Of a DNA stretch of 64,000 bases, positions 38,514-57,317 are shown piece after piece (the first letter of the stretch is position 1; each line of letters begins with the position of its first letter). Origin of the DNA: Macrostomum lignano (lineage: Eukaryota). The stretch is from contig NIVC01003820.1 of the NCBI GenBank assembly GCA_002269645.1, positions 11,155 through 75,154 of the forward strand, in the 5' to 3' direction. A model generated the notes under the pieces. That model was not told the DNA's origin. It made no database searches and saw nothing but the letters and a program-made list of their open reading frames with translations. A program made the position numbers and the translations under genes.

Positions 38514-38822
38514 CTATGAGCAGAGTATAAAGGAGCAACAGAGCAGCATCACCCACCGCCAGACGTATCGATCCTTTTTCGACGCTCGTCGCTCAAGGTG
38601 TCGATAGCGTTTGAGCAGCGTCTCGCGAGCAATTTCGTCATCATAGGGCTCGACGGTCTCGAAGCGCCGTTTCAGCGTGAACATGTTGCTCCAGGGACTC
38701 TCGTCACCTCCGTCGTTCGCGGGGACGGCATTGACAACGGCGTCCTTGGCAACGAGGCTGCCGGCAAGGAGCACAGCGCCGGACAGGACCAGCAGGGAGG
38801 CGAAGGCGTTGTTGCCGAGCAT
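38514..38822 (-). CDS. Putative secreted prohormone-like precursor, 102 aa
   Basis: ATG at 38822 follows an acceptor (TCCTCAG| at 38830) that pairs with a donor at 40220 (AAG|GTGAGT), defining a 5'-UTR intron. Hydrophobic N-terminus; basic sites KRR, KR, RR and KK. The C-terminus is uncertain. Confidence 0.55.
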   Translation of the reverse strand: MLGNNAFASLLVLSGAVLLAGSLVAKDAVVNAVPANDGGDESPWSNMFTLKRRFETVEPYDDEIARETLLKRYRHLERRASKKDRYVWRWVMLLCCSFILCS

Positions 38823-38857
38823 GAGTTCCACTGAGGACAGGAAGATTGCGATTGGAT

Positions 38858-40190
<1,333 letters not shown>

Positions 40191-41435
40191 AATAAACTAT
40201 TCATACTGTACAGACTCACCTTCTAATTAGGAGTTTTCAGTTTTACGAATATATCAGCTGGTTTTGGTGAAAGTCACTGCGAACAGCTACAGCTTGATCC
40301 TCTGTTCAGTGCCTTATATAGCAACAAGCTACCAGTATTCGAGCTTGAGCTCCCATTGGCTGCTCGGAAGGGCCCTGGCCCGTGTCTAATTCGAGATTCA
40401 GTCTCGAATGGATCACGCAGCGAGTTTTAGCCCCAAAATTTGAATAAATATTTCAGAGCAAGCAGCTCGCGAATTTGACCCAGTGACACCCCAAATATGG
40501 CCCTTGAAATTCTTGAGGCCTCATCACTTGAAACCCCTCGAATTCCCACGGGATTGAGGAGCAGAACAAAAAGTTTATCCAGAGTGAAACTTTGACTCCG
40601 TCACTGTGGAGCTGACGTATTTCACCGATACGTGGAATCTTGAATGCGTTTTGTTCGTTTGCATAATTAATTTTGTGGGCATGTCAAGCGTGCTCAGCCT
40701 GGGCTGAGTTGGCTCAAATGTGGCTCTGGATGGCTAATCGAGTTTCTGGAGCGAGACTCGGACTGTGTGGCAACCAAAGCCAGCGAAGCTGGAATGGCGA
40801 TGCGGCACAAATGTGTCGCGAATTGCGAAGGCCCTGCTGGTTGGCTTTGATTGACCTATAGGGATACGACCAAGGAGCGGTAGAAGTTGCAGTTGTATCG
40901 CGACTTAAGTAACACCCATGATCAATGGAAAATTGTTTAAAGGCTCAACTAAAACTTTCATTGGTCCTTTGGCGTGACCGTGGATAGACCTACAACACCT
41001 TCGAAGGAGGACAACGTCCCACAATCAGCGTGGAGGCAATTCATTAAGGAAACCACGCCACATGTTGACTTCATGTTACTGATAATCAATCACCGCAATA
41101 AACTGTTTTCAAATTTGTTTGACACACAAAAATAAGATGGTTCCAAAATCATGTTTCCTCCCTGAGAGAAACAGAGCGCTTATTACAAAAGTGGATGACT
41201 AGTACAAGTTTTCTCTCGCTCAAGCTGTCTCTTCGCACGCAATTCGTCAGTTTAGAACTTAATTTATGCGAGCTATAACCACCTTATTTTGAGACAGCAC
41301 TTCTCTGCAAGTCGCTTTTAAACCTAAATGATACTGCAGACTAATTTCGACTATTTTAATTGGCTTAGCCAAAAAATTGTTTAAAAGACTTTTGTCAATC
41401 AGGGACGTGGTAAGGGGTAGGGCTACCAAAACTAT

Positions 41436-41632
41436 GGCGCCCCTTGGTGCTGGCGCCTCTTGTTACTGGCGCCTCTTGGTGCTGGCGCCTCTTGGTGCTG
41501 GCGCCTCTTGGTGCTGGCGCCTCTTGTTACTGGCGCCTCTTGGTGCTGGCGCCTCTTGGTGCTGGCGCCTCTTGGTGCTGGCGCCTCTTGGTGCTGGCGC
41601 CTCTTGGTGCTGGCGCCTCTTGGTGCTGGCGC
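41436..41632. repeat. 16-bp minisatellite CTCTTGGTGCTGGCGC, about 12 units
   Basis: The reverse complement GCGCCAGCACCAAGAG matches the GCC variant of the 26-30 kb array. Confidence 0.93.
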
Positions 41633-43825
41633 CACACCCCATAGTCCAAGCTATGTCAACACAAAAATTACCTTAGCAAAAATATTTCAGTAGGCGAAAT
41701 GACAGAACATACACAGCAAGGACCCCCAAAAGTTACCATTTCGCAAAATTTTATTTCCTTACATACTACCCCTCTGATGGCGTTCTTAGTAGTTCGACTA
41801 GCAATCTAGTGCCCCCCTTCGGGGCAGCCAATAAGCAAGGGACGAAAATTCTTTTTTTATGAATCCTTTTTGCCTCGACATCGAACCAATTCTCCCAGTA
41901 AGAAGCCTTGACATCTCAGCAATCTTCAAATAAGTTAATTTTTGCATATTGAAGCCAAAGGGAGCTATAGGCCTGATCTAAGTCGAAGTCGGAGAAGGGA
42001 CACACATTGTTTTGCAGCAGCCTCTATGTAAAAAACCTATGCGACGTCGCTCACACGTGCCGATCGAAAGTGACTAGATTCCCTTAAAAATATTGAGGCT
42101 TGCATGGTTGCCAATGGTACGAGCGTAATTCGCAAGTGTTTTTGCTATTTTCTAATGATTTAAACCGGCTTTAGTGTGTCTGTGGCTAATAATATAGTAG
42201 TACAGTGGTGTATTAGCGCCTTTTTTTAGAGGCAGGGGGATTGTGTGCACCCTGGCGCACTTTAAGCGACATAGGCACACAACCGGCGAGAGGCATTACT
42301 GCCCATTCCGCCGACTCCCCTGAGCAGGCATACAAGCGCGCGGATACTAAAGCCCTTAAAATATGGCTATATCAATGATATTGTGCCATAGACATTTTTG
42401 CCAAAGCTACGCTCGTATCAATTGGAAAGTAATCGTGACGGGGCGGAGCCATACTCACTACCATAGACATATTTTTGTTTTGCCCATCGAGTAATTAGAG
42501 TTTGGCCATAGACAGTTGGTTGTATCAACAAATTCTCGTGCTTTTCTCTACCGCTTGATTAGCAAGCATTATTTAATGGGCCATCTATGGCTATTAACAG
42601 GCGCCGATATTGGCCTACCAGACAAAAGGGCCATGCTATTGAATATAATCAGTAGTGTTGAGTCAGGCTGTAGCAAAATTGATAGTGTACTGGTATTAAA
42701 TGACCCCAGCAATTTAGTTTTTGGACACTTAATCCCATGCTTGGAACCGAAAAGTCTTTCAAACGAAAAATCATTTTGTATTTTCAAAACTAAAAAAAAA
42801 CAAAGTTAGCTAGATAGTTATAGAGAAAAATATTATATTAATTGATTGCTCGTTTAGGCTTCTAAATTATCTGAAGCTAATGCAACTTTTCAAGTCATGC
42901 AAGTCATGCAATCTCCAGTTGCCTGAGACAAAATTGATTGCTACTTAGGGGGCTGGGGGCAGAGCAGACTATTGTTCCCAACTCTGCAGGTACTTCTGGG
43001 AAAACTGCGGGAGCCTCTTCACCCGCAGCCTCCCGTCGCCTGCATCGCTTTAGCCTTGTCGTCACGCTGCGCGCCCGCGTGAAGAAACGGCAGGCTTTAA
43101 AGCCTAATTTCTTTAGCAGGCAAAGCTCTTCACGCAACAATTGCCTGGCATTGTCTGTCAGGTTTTTGCCATTCCTCAGCAGCTGCAACTCAGGTGCCGA
43201 TAGAGCCGGCTACTTTAAAAAACAGAATCACTCCGTACTGAGAAACGCGCGTGTAAGATGATTTTTTTTTAGAATCTCTTTACTCGCGTGGCTGCAACGA
43301 CAGGTGCCTGTATTGTAGCAGCCAGCTTTGTTATTGGTATCGGTTGCTATTGACAATCGAAATGCTGCGCGCGACTGCCACCTCCTCCGCCCCTGTGCAG
43401 CCTGGACTGAAACCATCTTGAATGAAGAGAGGGAGGACATGCTGAGGGAGTGAGGGAGGAACCAAAGAGAGAGAGGGGGGGGCAGAGAAACGGGGGCCAC
43501 AGGCTTGCACTGGTGGACTAGCAACTCAAGTCATCTGCTTCAGGTGCGCCATTCCCAAGCATTAATTAGCAGTTGCGGTGGGGGAGAATATGCTACTGGC
43601 ATGGACTGGGAGAGTTGGACGGCTGTTGCAGCAGTTTTGGGTGGTTGGCAACAAAACGGATGGGGTGTTTTTTCAACTGGCAATATTAAGCGCGCGGTGG
43701 CCCCAGAGCCAGGCTGCATCCAGCTGCCTTGTCGTTAGTTTGAGCTAAAAAAGAGCCAGCAATCATTAACCGCAGGGTAATAAAATTGACTAGCAGGACT
43801 CAGCCAGATCTGTACCGCCTGAGCC

Positions 43826-47509
<3,684 letters not shown>

Positions 47510-47575
47510 CTTGAGGTTTGAATTCTGAGGACATTGATTTTGAGTAGCCCTGTAGCTAAGACTAGAACTTGCACT

Positions 47576-47702
47576 CGAAAATATTATTCCAAGGACCACT
47601 AGAAGTTACCGTTGTATCAGGATGTTCAAATAATTTTGCAATATTTACGAGTGTTTCGTCCTGATACAACGGTAACTTATAGTTGTCCTTATATTATTCT
47701 CG
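47576..47702. other. Inverted repeat / hairpin (MITE-like) just downstream of the TRAF stop codon
   Basis: Perfect 20-bp stem 47603-47622 / 47659-47678, imperfectly extended to arms of about 45 bp, with a 36-nt loop. Confidence 0.75.
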
Positions 47703-48885
47703 TACAAACTAAGAGGTGTATCTTAAACGGCTTAATAGAAGTGCACTCTCTACCCTGATCCATGAGCACAGCTGCGATGCGTAAAGCCTTACACAGTTAC
47801 AGCTTTGTGAGGTGTGAGGCCTCACACTGCAAAGTCGCACATTTAACCACGTTTGCTGTTCCGTATCGGTAGAGAAATGTATCCTCTGACGCGAATCGCA
47901 TATTTTTCTGCATGTTTTACAACTGTTTTAGATGTACATGGATCGTTACTGCAGTTTACTGCATGTACATGTACATGTAGCTTAATACTGACTCAATTTT
48001 TTTTTCTACAGCAAAAACCGGGACTATACCGGGACCGGGACCGGGAACCGGGACCGGGACTATATATGAGCATCATATATTTTTGTGATCCGCTATTTCT
48101 ATCGGATGTTAGCTTAACAAAAACTGCGAGCCTGGCCATGAACTAAATGTGGAATATTTTTGTTACTCTTTAGCTTATCAGAAAAAGCACTCAAATTAAT
48201 CATTTTTAAGTGTATAATTATTGGACGATCTGATTTTAAAATATAAAAGTAAATACTCTATAGAGGATCCCAACTTTAACGATCAATTTTCTCATATCAA
48301 CTAAATGATAAGCACGCTAGTAACATGTTTGTTATCGTCTTTTAAGATCATGATCATTTACAAGTACGTATATATATATTTCCTTTAATTGCGATCAAAT
48401 ATCTGTAGTAGTGGAGCTACATGTACATGTATACTGAACTACATGCATGTGCTGATCATGCAAACAAAGAATACAGTTACATGTAATTTTTAGCTTAGCG
48501 CACTGTTACATCTAAATGTACTTGGCGAAGATCAGAGTACATGTAGCTCAGCGATAAAGTCTGGCTTGCACTACGAACCCCTTAAGTTAGTTTGAAATTA
48601 CTTCGACGACCATATCTATTAATTTGTGGCTTGTTGTGCACAAAACATAGGCCGCGGGTTGCAATGCGATTCATGCAGCCAGCTGCGGGAGGCCGCGGGC
48701 CATGCAGCCCCCAAAGGCGCAGGGAGTTGTACATGCCTATAGCTGATTATTAGAATCGATCGAGAATCCTTAACATACATATCTATATATGCACATGTGG
48801 GATAAAAAGATGACGACCCTAGAAGACATTGACTTGTTGATTCAACAGATCTTATCTATCTTCTTGGGGCTGCGCAATGCAATGG

Positions 48886-49078
48886 TTTACCCCCGATTCG
48901 CCGAATCCTGATTTGCCGATTCCCAGCTCGCCGAATCCTGATTCGCCGATTCCTGGTTCGCCGAAATTCCCGAGTCGCCTATTCCCGATTTGCCGAAATT
49001 CCTGATTTGCCGAAATTCCTTATTTGCCGAAATTCCTCATTTGCCGAATCCCAACTTGCCGATTTCCTGATTCGCAAA
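48886..49078. repeat. Degenerate repeat of about 14-15 bp (TTCGCCGAATCC / TTTGCCGAAATTCC)
   Basis: About 12 short units; may be the subterminal repeat of a DNA element. Confidence 0.8.
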
Positions 49079-50862
49079 AAGAATATGAAACTCTAAAGTT
49101 TATTAAATTAAATTAAAAAAATTGCTAAAATAACAGGTTGCTGAAATAAAGCTTCCGGCTTTGTTATATTAACAAGAAAATTTAAAGTTTGTGACGTTCT
49201 ATTTTTTGCAAATAGCTAATGCTTAGCTAATATAAAAACGCGAGCGTGTGTGCGCGGAATAACCACGGTCACAGAAGAGGAGTCTTGCTGCGGAACCACG
49301 GATTCTGTCTGGTGCTAGGGTCGTATATATATTAAGCTATGCAAATAGCAATTGCTAATTTCTAATTAATAATTGAGCTATCTATAACTTTCCTTATTGA
49401 TTATTGTTAATGTATTGAGCCTTTGTAAAGAAATTAAATACAATATTATAACATTACAAAAAGCCATTTTGATTTTATTTTGATACAAATCTTGAGAATG
49501 GTTATTAACATTAGGGCCTAATTGCAATAAAAGAGCAATATAAAAAATAGTAATGGATGGAAATTTGGTTTTGATTTAAATAATATTTCAAATTTTGAAC
49601 CTTATTTTGTATTAAAATAATTTCAATTTCAAAGTTTAACACTATTCATTGAAAATCATTTCTAAATTTGGTTATGTTTTAACAATTAAGCATTCGAGAC
49701 CATGTTATATAAAAGAATCTATAGAAAGTGAAAAGAAGTGCAATTCACTGAAAGTAAAGAGGCAAGAATCACCTTTTTATATGGGCATATATACAAGAAC
49801 CATTGTGCACACAAATTTTTCTAGGCCTTGTGGTATACCCACCTCAACCTCTATAAAAGAAAGCACACTGGCTAAACTTATTAGCATAGATTTGAATTGG
49901 CTAAAGACTAAAAATCTTAATGAAATTGATATTTAAAGTCTCTTATAACATGAATTATAAAAGTCGTTCTATTCTAAGTACAATATATAATATTAGCTTT
50001 TTCTATTTCATAGTTTTTAAGTAAGTAATTCCATGTATTTTGGTACAAAAACCAAGATATTTTATAAAAAAACATGTCAGCTTATACATGTAAATGCAAG
50101 TTGTTAAACTTTTATTGTAAAATTTGCAAAAATTTGAAACTGTTTAACCCAAAAAGATTTTGATTCTGATTTAAATTTTTATTTTAATCTTAAATTCAGT
50201 TTTAATACAAAAAAAGTAATTTCATTCTTTCACTATAAAAAGTTGGCCAATTGTAGATAAGTAGAATTAGAAAGCATGTTAAAAGTATAGAAGATCAAGA
50301 CAAACAACATATTTTATTATAGGATCTTAATTTAATAAGTTAGATAATAAACAAAGCCTTAATTGACTGTGATTTGATAGACATTAATTAAACTAATAGA
50401 TTGCAGCTTGAAATAAAATATTGATTATATTATAAGACTAGTTTAATATAGTGAGTAGGTTTTGTCTTTGATAGATTTTGGTTTTATATGGAGAATGCTA
50501 ATAGATTTTTTTATTACAGAGCTACTATTTCTATGAAATATCATAATATATATGATAAATGATTTTTATGTTTCTATTTGAAAAAACTATATATAGATAT
50601 TGATATTAATATGGAAACATGTTAAAGCTAAATTTTAATATTGGCATTTGTATGATATATGTATATTTTGAAATCATTTATAAAATATTTAATTTAAGAA
50701 TATCTTTACCATGGATTCTGTTCCTTGCAGATGTCTGTCTTGGAATTATATAATATATTTTCAAAATTTTGTCAACAGTTACAACAAATTTCAGAGACCT
50801 TAAATTAATGTGCTATTGATTTTGCATTAAAGATCAATATATAAACCTTTTCTGTCTGTAAG

Positions 50863-53800
50863 ATGTCAAGCCAGCTTGATAAAAGTTCAGTTGCATTGGT
50901 TGCCAAGTGCAAACCTGGATTATGGAGCAGGTAAATAAATTATAAATTATTTTTTTCAAATTAGTTTTAATTGTCGTGTATTGCTCTTAGGTTAGAAGTA
51001 AGATGTCCTTTGATTCTCAGACTGGGCTATCATCATCCTCTTAAATCCTCAGCTGCTTTGCAAACCTCCCATATCCTCAGTTGCTATGCCAGCCTCCCAG
51101 ATCCTCAGTTGCTGTGCCAGCCTCCCAAATCCTCAGTTGCTGGGCCAGCCTCCCAGAGTGTCAGTTGCTGGGCCAGCCTCCCAGATCCTCAGTTGCTGGG
51201 CCAGCCTCCCAGATTATCAGTTGCTGGGCCAGCCTCCCAGATCCTCAGTTGCTGGGCCAGCCTCCCAGAGTGTCAGTTGCTGGGCCAGCCTCCCAAATCC
51301 TCAGTTGCTGGGCCAGCCTCCCAGAGTGTCAGTTGCTGGGCCAGCCTCCCAGATCCTCAGTTGCTTGGCCAGCCTCCCAGATCATCAGTTGCTGGGCCAG
51401 CCTCCCAGATCCTCAGTTGCTGAGCCAACCTCCCAGATCTTCAGTTGCTGGGCCAGCCTCCCAGATCCTCAGTTGCTGAGCCAACCTCCCAGATCCTCAG
51501 TTGCTGGCCCAGCCTCCCAGATCCTCAGTTGCTGGGCCAACCTCCCAGATCCTCAGTTGCTGGGCCATCGCCGATCTTCAAGTTTAGTTACTTATTTTTT
51601 CACATGTATTTTATAATTTTTACGAGGAAACGGCAGGAGCAAGAGTAACTATACCTTAGTGTTGAGTGAAAAAATGCTTCGTCATCTGATTAGTAGTGCT
51701 TCCATAATTCCATACTTATTTTCACCCCTCAGACAGGAACGCAAGCAGTGGATGGGGTCCCTGCTGATTGGGTCGGCCTGCCTGTACCTGAGTCGCACCA
51801 TCATGCCGCTGTGCAACGTGCCAATTAGCACCGAGCTCAACTGGAGCAAAAGTACATCCGGTATGGTTCTTGGTGCATTCTTCTGGGGCTACACCTGTAC
51901 TCAGTTTCTAGGCGGCTATTTAGCTGATCGAGTCGGCGGCGAGTTCGTTGTTACCATGGCAGCATTTGGCTGGGCCGCTGTCACCATGGTACATCCACTG
52001 TTGCCATGGCTATCGGATGATCCAAGCGTTCTACTGTCGGCTTTCCTATTGTGCCGCGTGCTCACTGGCGCCTGCCAGGGCTTTCACTATCCCGGCATGA
52101 GCAGCCTCATGGCTCATCGGGTGCAGCTCAAAGAGCGAGCCTACACCTGGAGCGTCGGCAGCTGTGGAGCGCATGTTGGGTGAGCTGCGTAAATATCAAG
52201 ATATGTCACTTGTAATTAAAATTTTGAAAAAAGCAGAGCGTCTACTCTTTTTTCCAGTAGTTTGTCTGCGCAGTGTAACTAAAATTTACATCTGAAATTT
52301 TCTTTCCATTCTCCGGGTTTGCGGCCTCAGGAGTACACTCGTATTGGGGTTAAGAATGAACTACAAGCATTCAACTCGATGTGTTAAAAACTTTAACATG
52401 GTGTATGAGTATATCAGTCATTGTAGTGACACCTCAGTCATTAGAGTCATTAAAGTGACACCTTAGTCATTAGAGTAGTGAAACCTCAGTCATTAGAGTA
52501 GTGACACCTCAGTCATTAGAGTAGTGACATCTCAGTCATTAGACTGACACCTTAGTCATTAGACTGACACATTAGTCATTAGAGTGACACCTCAGTCATT
52601 AGAGTGACACCTCAGTCATTAAAGTGACACCTCAGTCATTAGAGTGACACCTCAGTCGTTAGAGTAAAAGACTGACCCCTTAGTCTTTAGAGTAGTGACA
52701 CCTCAGTCATTAGAGTAGTGACACCTCAGTCATTAGAGTAGTGACACCTCAGTCATTAGAGTAGTGACACCTCAGTCATTAGAGTAGTGACACCTCAGTC
52801 ATTAGAGTAGTGACACCTCAGTCATTAGAGTAGTGACACCTCAGTCAGTAGAGTAGTGACACCTCAGTCATTAGAGTAGTGACACCTCAGTCATTAGAGT
52901 AGTGATATCTCAGTCATTAGAGTGACAACTCAGTCATTAGAGTGACACCTCAGTCATTAGAGTGACACCTCAGTCATTAAAGTGACACCTCAGTCATTAG
53001 AGTAAAAGACTGACCCCTTAGTCTTTAGAGTAGTGAAACCTCAGTCATTAGAGTAGTGACACCTCAGTCATTAGAGTAGTGACACCTCAGTCATTAGAGT
53101 AGTGGCACCTCAGTCAGTAGAGTAGTGACACCTCAGTCATTAGAGTAGTGACACCTCAGTCATTAGAGTAGTGATATCTCAGTCATTAGAGTAGTGACAC
53201 CTCAGTCAGTAGAGTAGTGATATCTCAGTCATTAGAGTAGTGACACCTCAGTCAGTAGAGTAGTGACACCTCAGTCATTAGAGTAGTGATATCTCAGTCA
53301 TTAGAGTGACACCTCAGTCATTAGAGTAAAAGACTGACCCCTAAGTCATTAGAGTAGTGACACCTCAGTCAGTAGAGTAGTGACACCTCAGTCAGTAGAG
53401 TAGTGACACCTCAGTCATTAGAGTAGTGATATCTCAGTCATTAGAGTGACACCTCAGTCATTAGAGTAAAAGACTGACCCCTAAGTCATTAGAGTAGTGA
53501 CACCTCAGTCAGTAGAGTAGTGACACCTCAGTCAGTAGAGTAGTGACACCTCAGTCATTAGAGTAGTGATATCTCAGTCATTAGAGTGACACCTCAGTCA
53601 TTAGAGTAAAAGACTGACCCCTTAGTCTTTAGAGTAGTGACACCTCAGTCATTAGAGTAGTGACACCTCAGTCATTAGAGTAGTGACACCTCAGTCATTA
53701 GAGTAGTGACACCTCAGTCATTAGAGTAGTGACACCTCAGTCATTAGAGTAGTGACACCTCAGTCATTAGAGTAGTGACACCTCAGTCATTAGAGTAGTG

Positions 53801-55345
53801 ACACCTCAGTCATTAGAGTAGTGATATCTCAGTCATTAGACTGACCCCTTAGTCATTAGAGTGACACTTTAGTCATTAGAGTAACACCTCAGTCATTAGA
53901 GTGTCACCTCAGTAATTAGCATCAACCCTGCACCTGCCGCACTGCTCAGCACGCTACTCTGCGGCAGCGTTGGCTCTCTCATAGTCGGCAGCTACGGATG
54001 GCGCGCCGCCTTCATAGTGATTGGTCTGTGCGGCCTCACCTGGGCGTTTGTTGTCAGATCTACTCTGCTCCGGCGTCGGCAGAGGGTGATCGACTACGCC
54101 GTCACCGCCGATCAGCCTGTCGGATCTTCGACCTCGGGCGGTCAGCAGGCTGCTGTCGCCTCCCCAATTGATCAGCACCAGCTGCTTCTAGAAGACACTA
54201 TGCAGCAGAAAGAGAGAGAAGCTGACAAGTTAGCTAGAAAGTTGAGCACCGAGTCGAAAGCAGTTGCCGCTGCCGCCGCTGGCGAGCGCGAAGGTGTGCC
54301 CTGGGGCGCCGTGGTCAGGTCGCCAGCGTTCTGGTGAGTAAACTGAAAGCATTTGTCAGTGTCAATCGAGGAGTTTCATGCCCTCAAAAGCAGTTTCATG
54401 ACCTTCCAAGCAGTTCCATGACCTTCCAAGCAGTTTCATAACCCCAAAAGCAGTTTCATAACCCCACAAGCAGTTTCATAACCCCACAAGCAGTTTCATA
54501 ACCCCACAAGCAGTTTCATAACCCCACAAGTAGTTTCATAACCCCACAAGCAGTTTCATAACCCCACAAGCAGTTTCATAACCTCACAAGTAAATTCAAG
54601 ACCTCAAAAGCAGTTTAATGACCTCACAAGTGGTTTAATGACCTCACAAGTGGTTTCATGACCTCACAAGCAATTTTATGACCTCAGCAAGTTGTTTTTA
54701 AAGAATCTTAACAAATTTTTGCCTAATGTAAAACTTAATTGAATGCTCACAAAATGCCACCCCACCCCGCATCGCAGGGCTATGATCGTTGGTCACTTCG
54801 CCCACGCCAATTCGTTCTTCATCCTGCTCAGCTGGATTCCCACCTATTTTCACGACAACTTCCCCGACGCCCGAGCCTGGGTATTCAACGTCGTACCCTG
54901 GATGGTGACCATTCCCGCGTCGCTGGGGTCCGGACTGCTGGCGGATTGGTTGCTAAGGAAACGATTGAGCGTCACCACTGTTCGCAAGCTGCTGGAAGGC
55001 ACCAGCCTGTTGCTAACCGCCCTGTTCCTCTACCTGCTGTGCCACACCCACTCCTACGCCCAGTCTCTGGCCTGCATGGCGTTGGCAATTTGCGCCTGCG
55101 GCTTTCACAATTCCGGAATTCTGGTGAATCCGCACGACCTCCTGCCGGCGCACGGCGGCGCCCTGTTCGGCGTTATGAACATCTTCGGCGCCGTGCCAGG
55201 CTTTGTAGGCGTCTACATGGTCGGGCACATCCTGGAGACCACTAAGAGCTGGCCGGCTGTGTTTCTCAACACGGCCGCAATCTGCGTTGTTGGCGCCGTT
55301 GTTTATCTGGCGTTCGGCTCGGGCAAACGGATTCGGTTGCGGTAG
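50863..55345 (+). CDS. SLC17A9: Vesicular nucleotide transporter (SLC17 family, MFS), 488 aa
   Basis: Exons 50863-50930, 51733-52179, 53950-54333 and 54778-55345, phase-consistent GT-AG. Motifs WSRQERKQW, FFWGYTCTQFLGGYLADRVGGE, QGFHYP, WIPTYFHDNFP and GFHNSGILVNPHDL. Confidence 0.92.
51065..51570. repeat. 28-bp minisatellite GATCCTCAGTTGCTGGGCCAGCCTCCCA
   Basis: About 18 units in SLC17A9 intron 1. Confidence 0.95.
52430..53915. repeat. 20/23-bp minisatellite GTGACACCTCAGTCATTAGA(GTA)
   Basis: About 65 units with recurring higher-order blocks, in SLC17A9 intron 2. Confidence 0.96.
54395..54685. repeat. 20-bp minisatellite CCCCACAAGCAGTTTCATAA
   Basis: Degenerate array in SLC17A9 intron 3. 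Confidence 0.9.
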
Positions 55346-56829
55346 CGAAGCTTGGACTCCGCGCGCGTGTATTTTCTCTTTCATGTTTTAGTATTATGGA
55401 CTAGCAGTTTTGGCCCCCCCACTGGGGCCTGACCCGGCTTTGTGGATGGAAGCAAGTAGGACGGGAAACTCCGATAGTTTTTTATTATGCTCGTCTTTCG
55501 TTAGTTTGCCTTCGTCAGTTAGTCATAGCCACACGCTGTCCTCCCCCACCACCCTCACCGACCGTTTCTTTTATGGCGACATTTTTAAAGCTTATGTGAA
55601 ATTTTACGATTCAAATCTTTATTCGTCTACTTTCTTCAGTAGTCTAAAATGAAATTCTCACAATTTTTTACAGCTGTCCTAAGACAGAATTTCCTAAAGA
55701 CAAAAAGCCTTTACTCATTTAACGTTCTAATTTATCAGTAGATAAAGACACGGCAAATGGAGGAACCTTTGTTGTCAATTCAAGAATTTTATTGGCTTCG
55801 GACATTGTGCACGAAGTCTACAAAATTTATTTGAGCAATTGAGGATTTTGGGTTCCCCAGCCCTCTAGTATTTTCTAAGAAACTATGTTTCCCGTCCTAC
55901 TCAGAAGATGCATGATCTTGTATAAAGGGATTTCTAACTGTAATCCAAATAGATTAATTATAATATTTAAGCCAGCCCAGTTTTTATGTTTGCACTTATT
56001 TTATTCGCTATTTAGCTGATAGATTGCTAAATGATTCATTTCACTCCGGGTAGATAATGTAATCGTGTTTTATCATCTCTTATCTCTCTCCGTTCGGTAC
56101 TTTCTTTGATTTACGGTGATTGGAACTGTCTATTTTGAAGTGCAATGCAGTCTACCCTGTGGTTTATTCCACAATAAATAATGCTTTGTAATTCTATGCT
56201 GCAAAGCGAACGACAGAAAGAATTGCTTAATTTCAAGTGTCGAATATTTTCGTGATTTTGTTATTATTGTTCCTCACCAGTTTTGAATGCTGAATTTTTC
56301 TTAAAATTTATTTATCCGAGTTCAATCCGAATCAGGAAATATTCTGAATCTTAATCCAGCGCCATTCAGACTAAAATATAAATGTTACTCATACCATCCG
56401 AGCTACTGACAGTAGCCACACGAGATCAAGTTCTTAACTAAAGCAGTTAAGGCATTAAAATTGAAAGTTATTAAAATAAACTTTGCTGTTTCAAGCAATT
56501 CAAAAGATACAGGCATTTTATATTTGTTAAATTTGTTTTAACTGCTCAATACTCATTCAGTGGTGAATATTATTTTCAGTATATTTTGTTTACTAGCGTC
56601 GGCATGAGCTCACAATGAAATAACACGCACGGAAATAGGTAAATGGTACCAAAATAGTAAAAGCATAATCGGATACTCGCAATAACAAAACTCGATGGTA
56701 TTCAGAACTTGAGATGTTTGACTAAACTGTTTACGCCCAAATAAGCGACAGTTTTAGACAACCTTCTTAAACTGCCCTTGGTCTGTTCTTAATCCACGTC
56801 CGAGATACTCTTACTCTTTTCAACTGGCC

Positions 56830-57300
56830 GAACCAGCCTTACAACCCTTAAACCGAAACACCTTTAAACTGCCCGAAACACCCTTTAACTGTCCGAGACA
56901 ACCCTTTAACTGTCAGAGACAGCCCTTTAACTGTCAGAGACAGCCCTTTAACTTTCCGAAACACCTTTAAACTGCCAGAGACAACCCTTTAACTGTCCGA
57001 AACACCCTTAAACTGTCAGAGACAACCCTTTAACTGTCCGAGACAACCCTTTAACTGTCCGAGACACCTTTGAACTGCCCGAAACACCTTTAAACTGTCA
57101 GAGACAAAGACAACCCTTTAAACTGTCCGAGACAGCCTTAAACTGTCAGAGACAACCCTTTAACTGCCCGAAACACCCTTAAACTGTCCGAGACAAGCCT
57201 CAAAGCTGTTGGAAACACCCTAAACTTTCCGAGATCTGAGACACAAACTGCCTGAACCAACTCGTTCAAATGTCCGAGATCCTCAACCAGTCCCAGAACC
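56830..57300. repeat. Degenerate minisatellite of about 21 bp (AACTGTCCGAGACAACCCTTT)
   Basis: Lies between the convergent SLC17A9 and DAP3 3' ends. Confidence 0.88.
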
Positions 57301-57317
57301 CTTTAGTCGTCAGCAGG

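Noticed and set aside
38514-38545. Insulin A-chain-like CC motif
   Set aside because: The spacing is CC-x4-C with no fourth cysteine, and no B-chain cysteines are present.
42904-43188. TALE homeodomain-like stretch (KNLTDNARQLL...FFTRAR)
   Set aside because: The spacing is far too short and the WFxNxR motif is missing.
50971-51616. Overlapping ORFs upstream of SLC17A9 exon 2
   Set aside because: They are frames of the 28-bp intronic repeat; the real first exon is 50863-50930.
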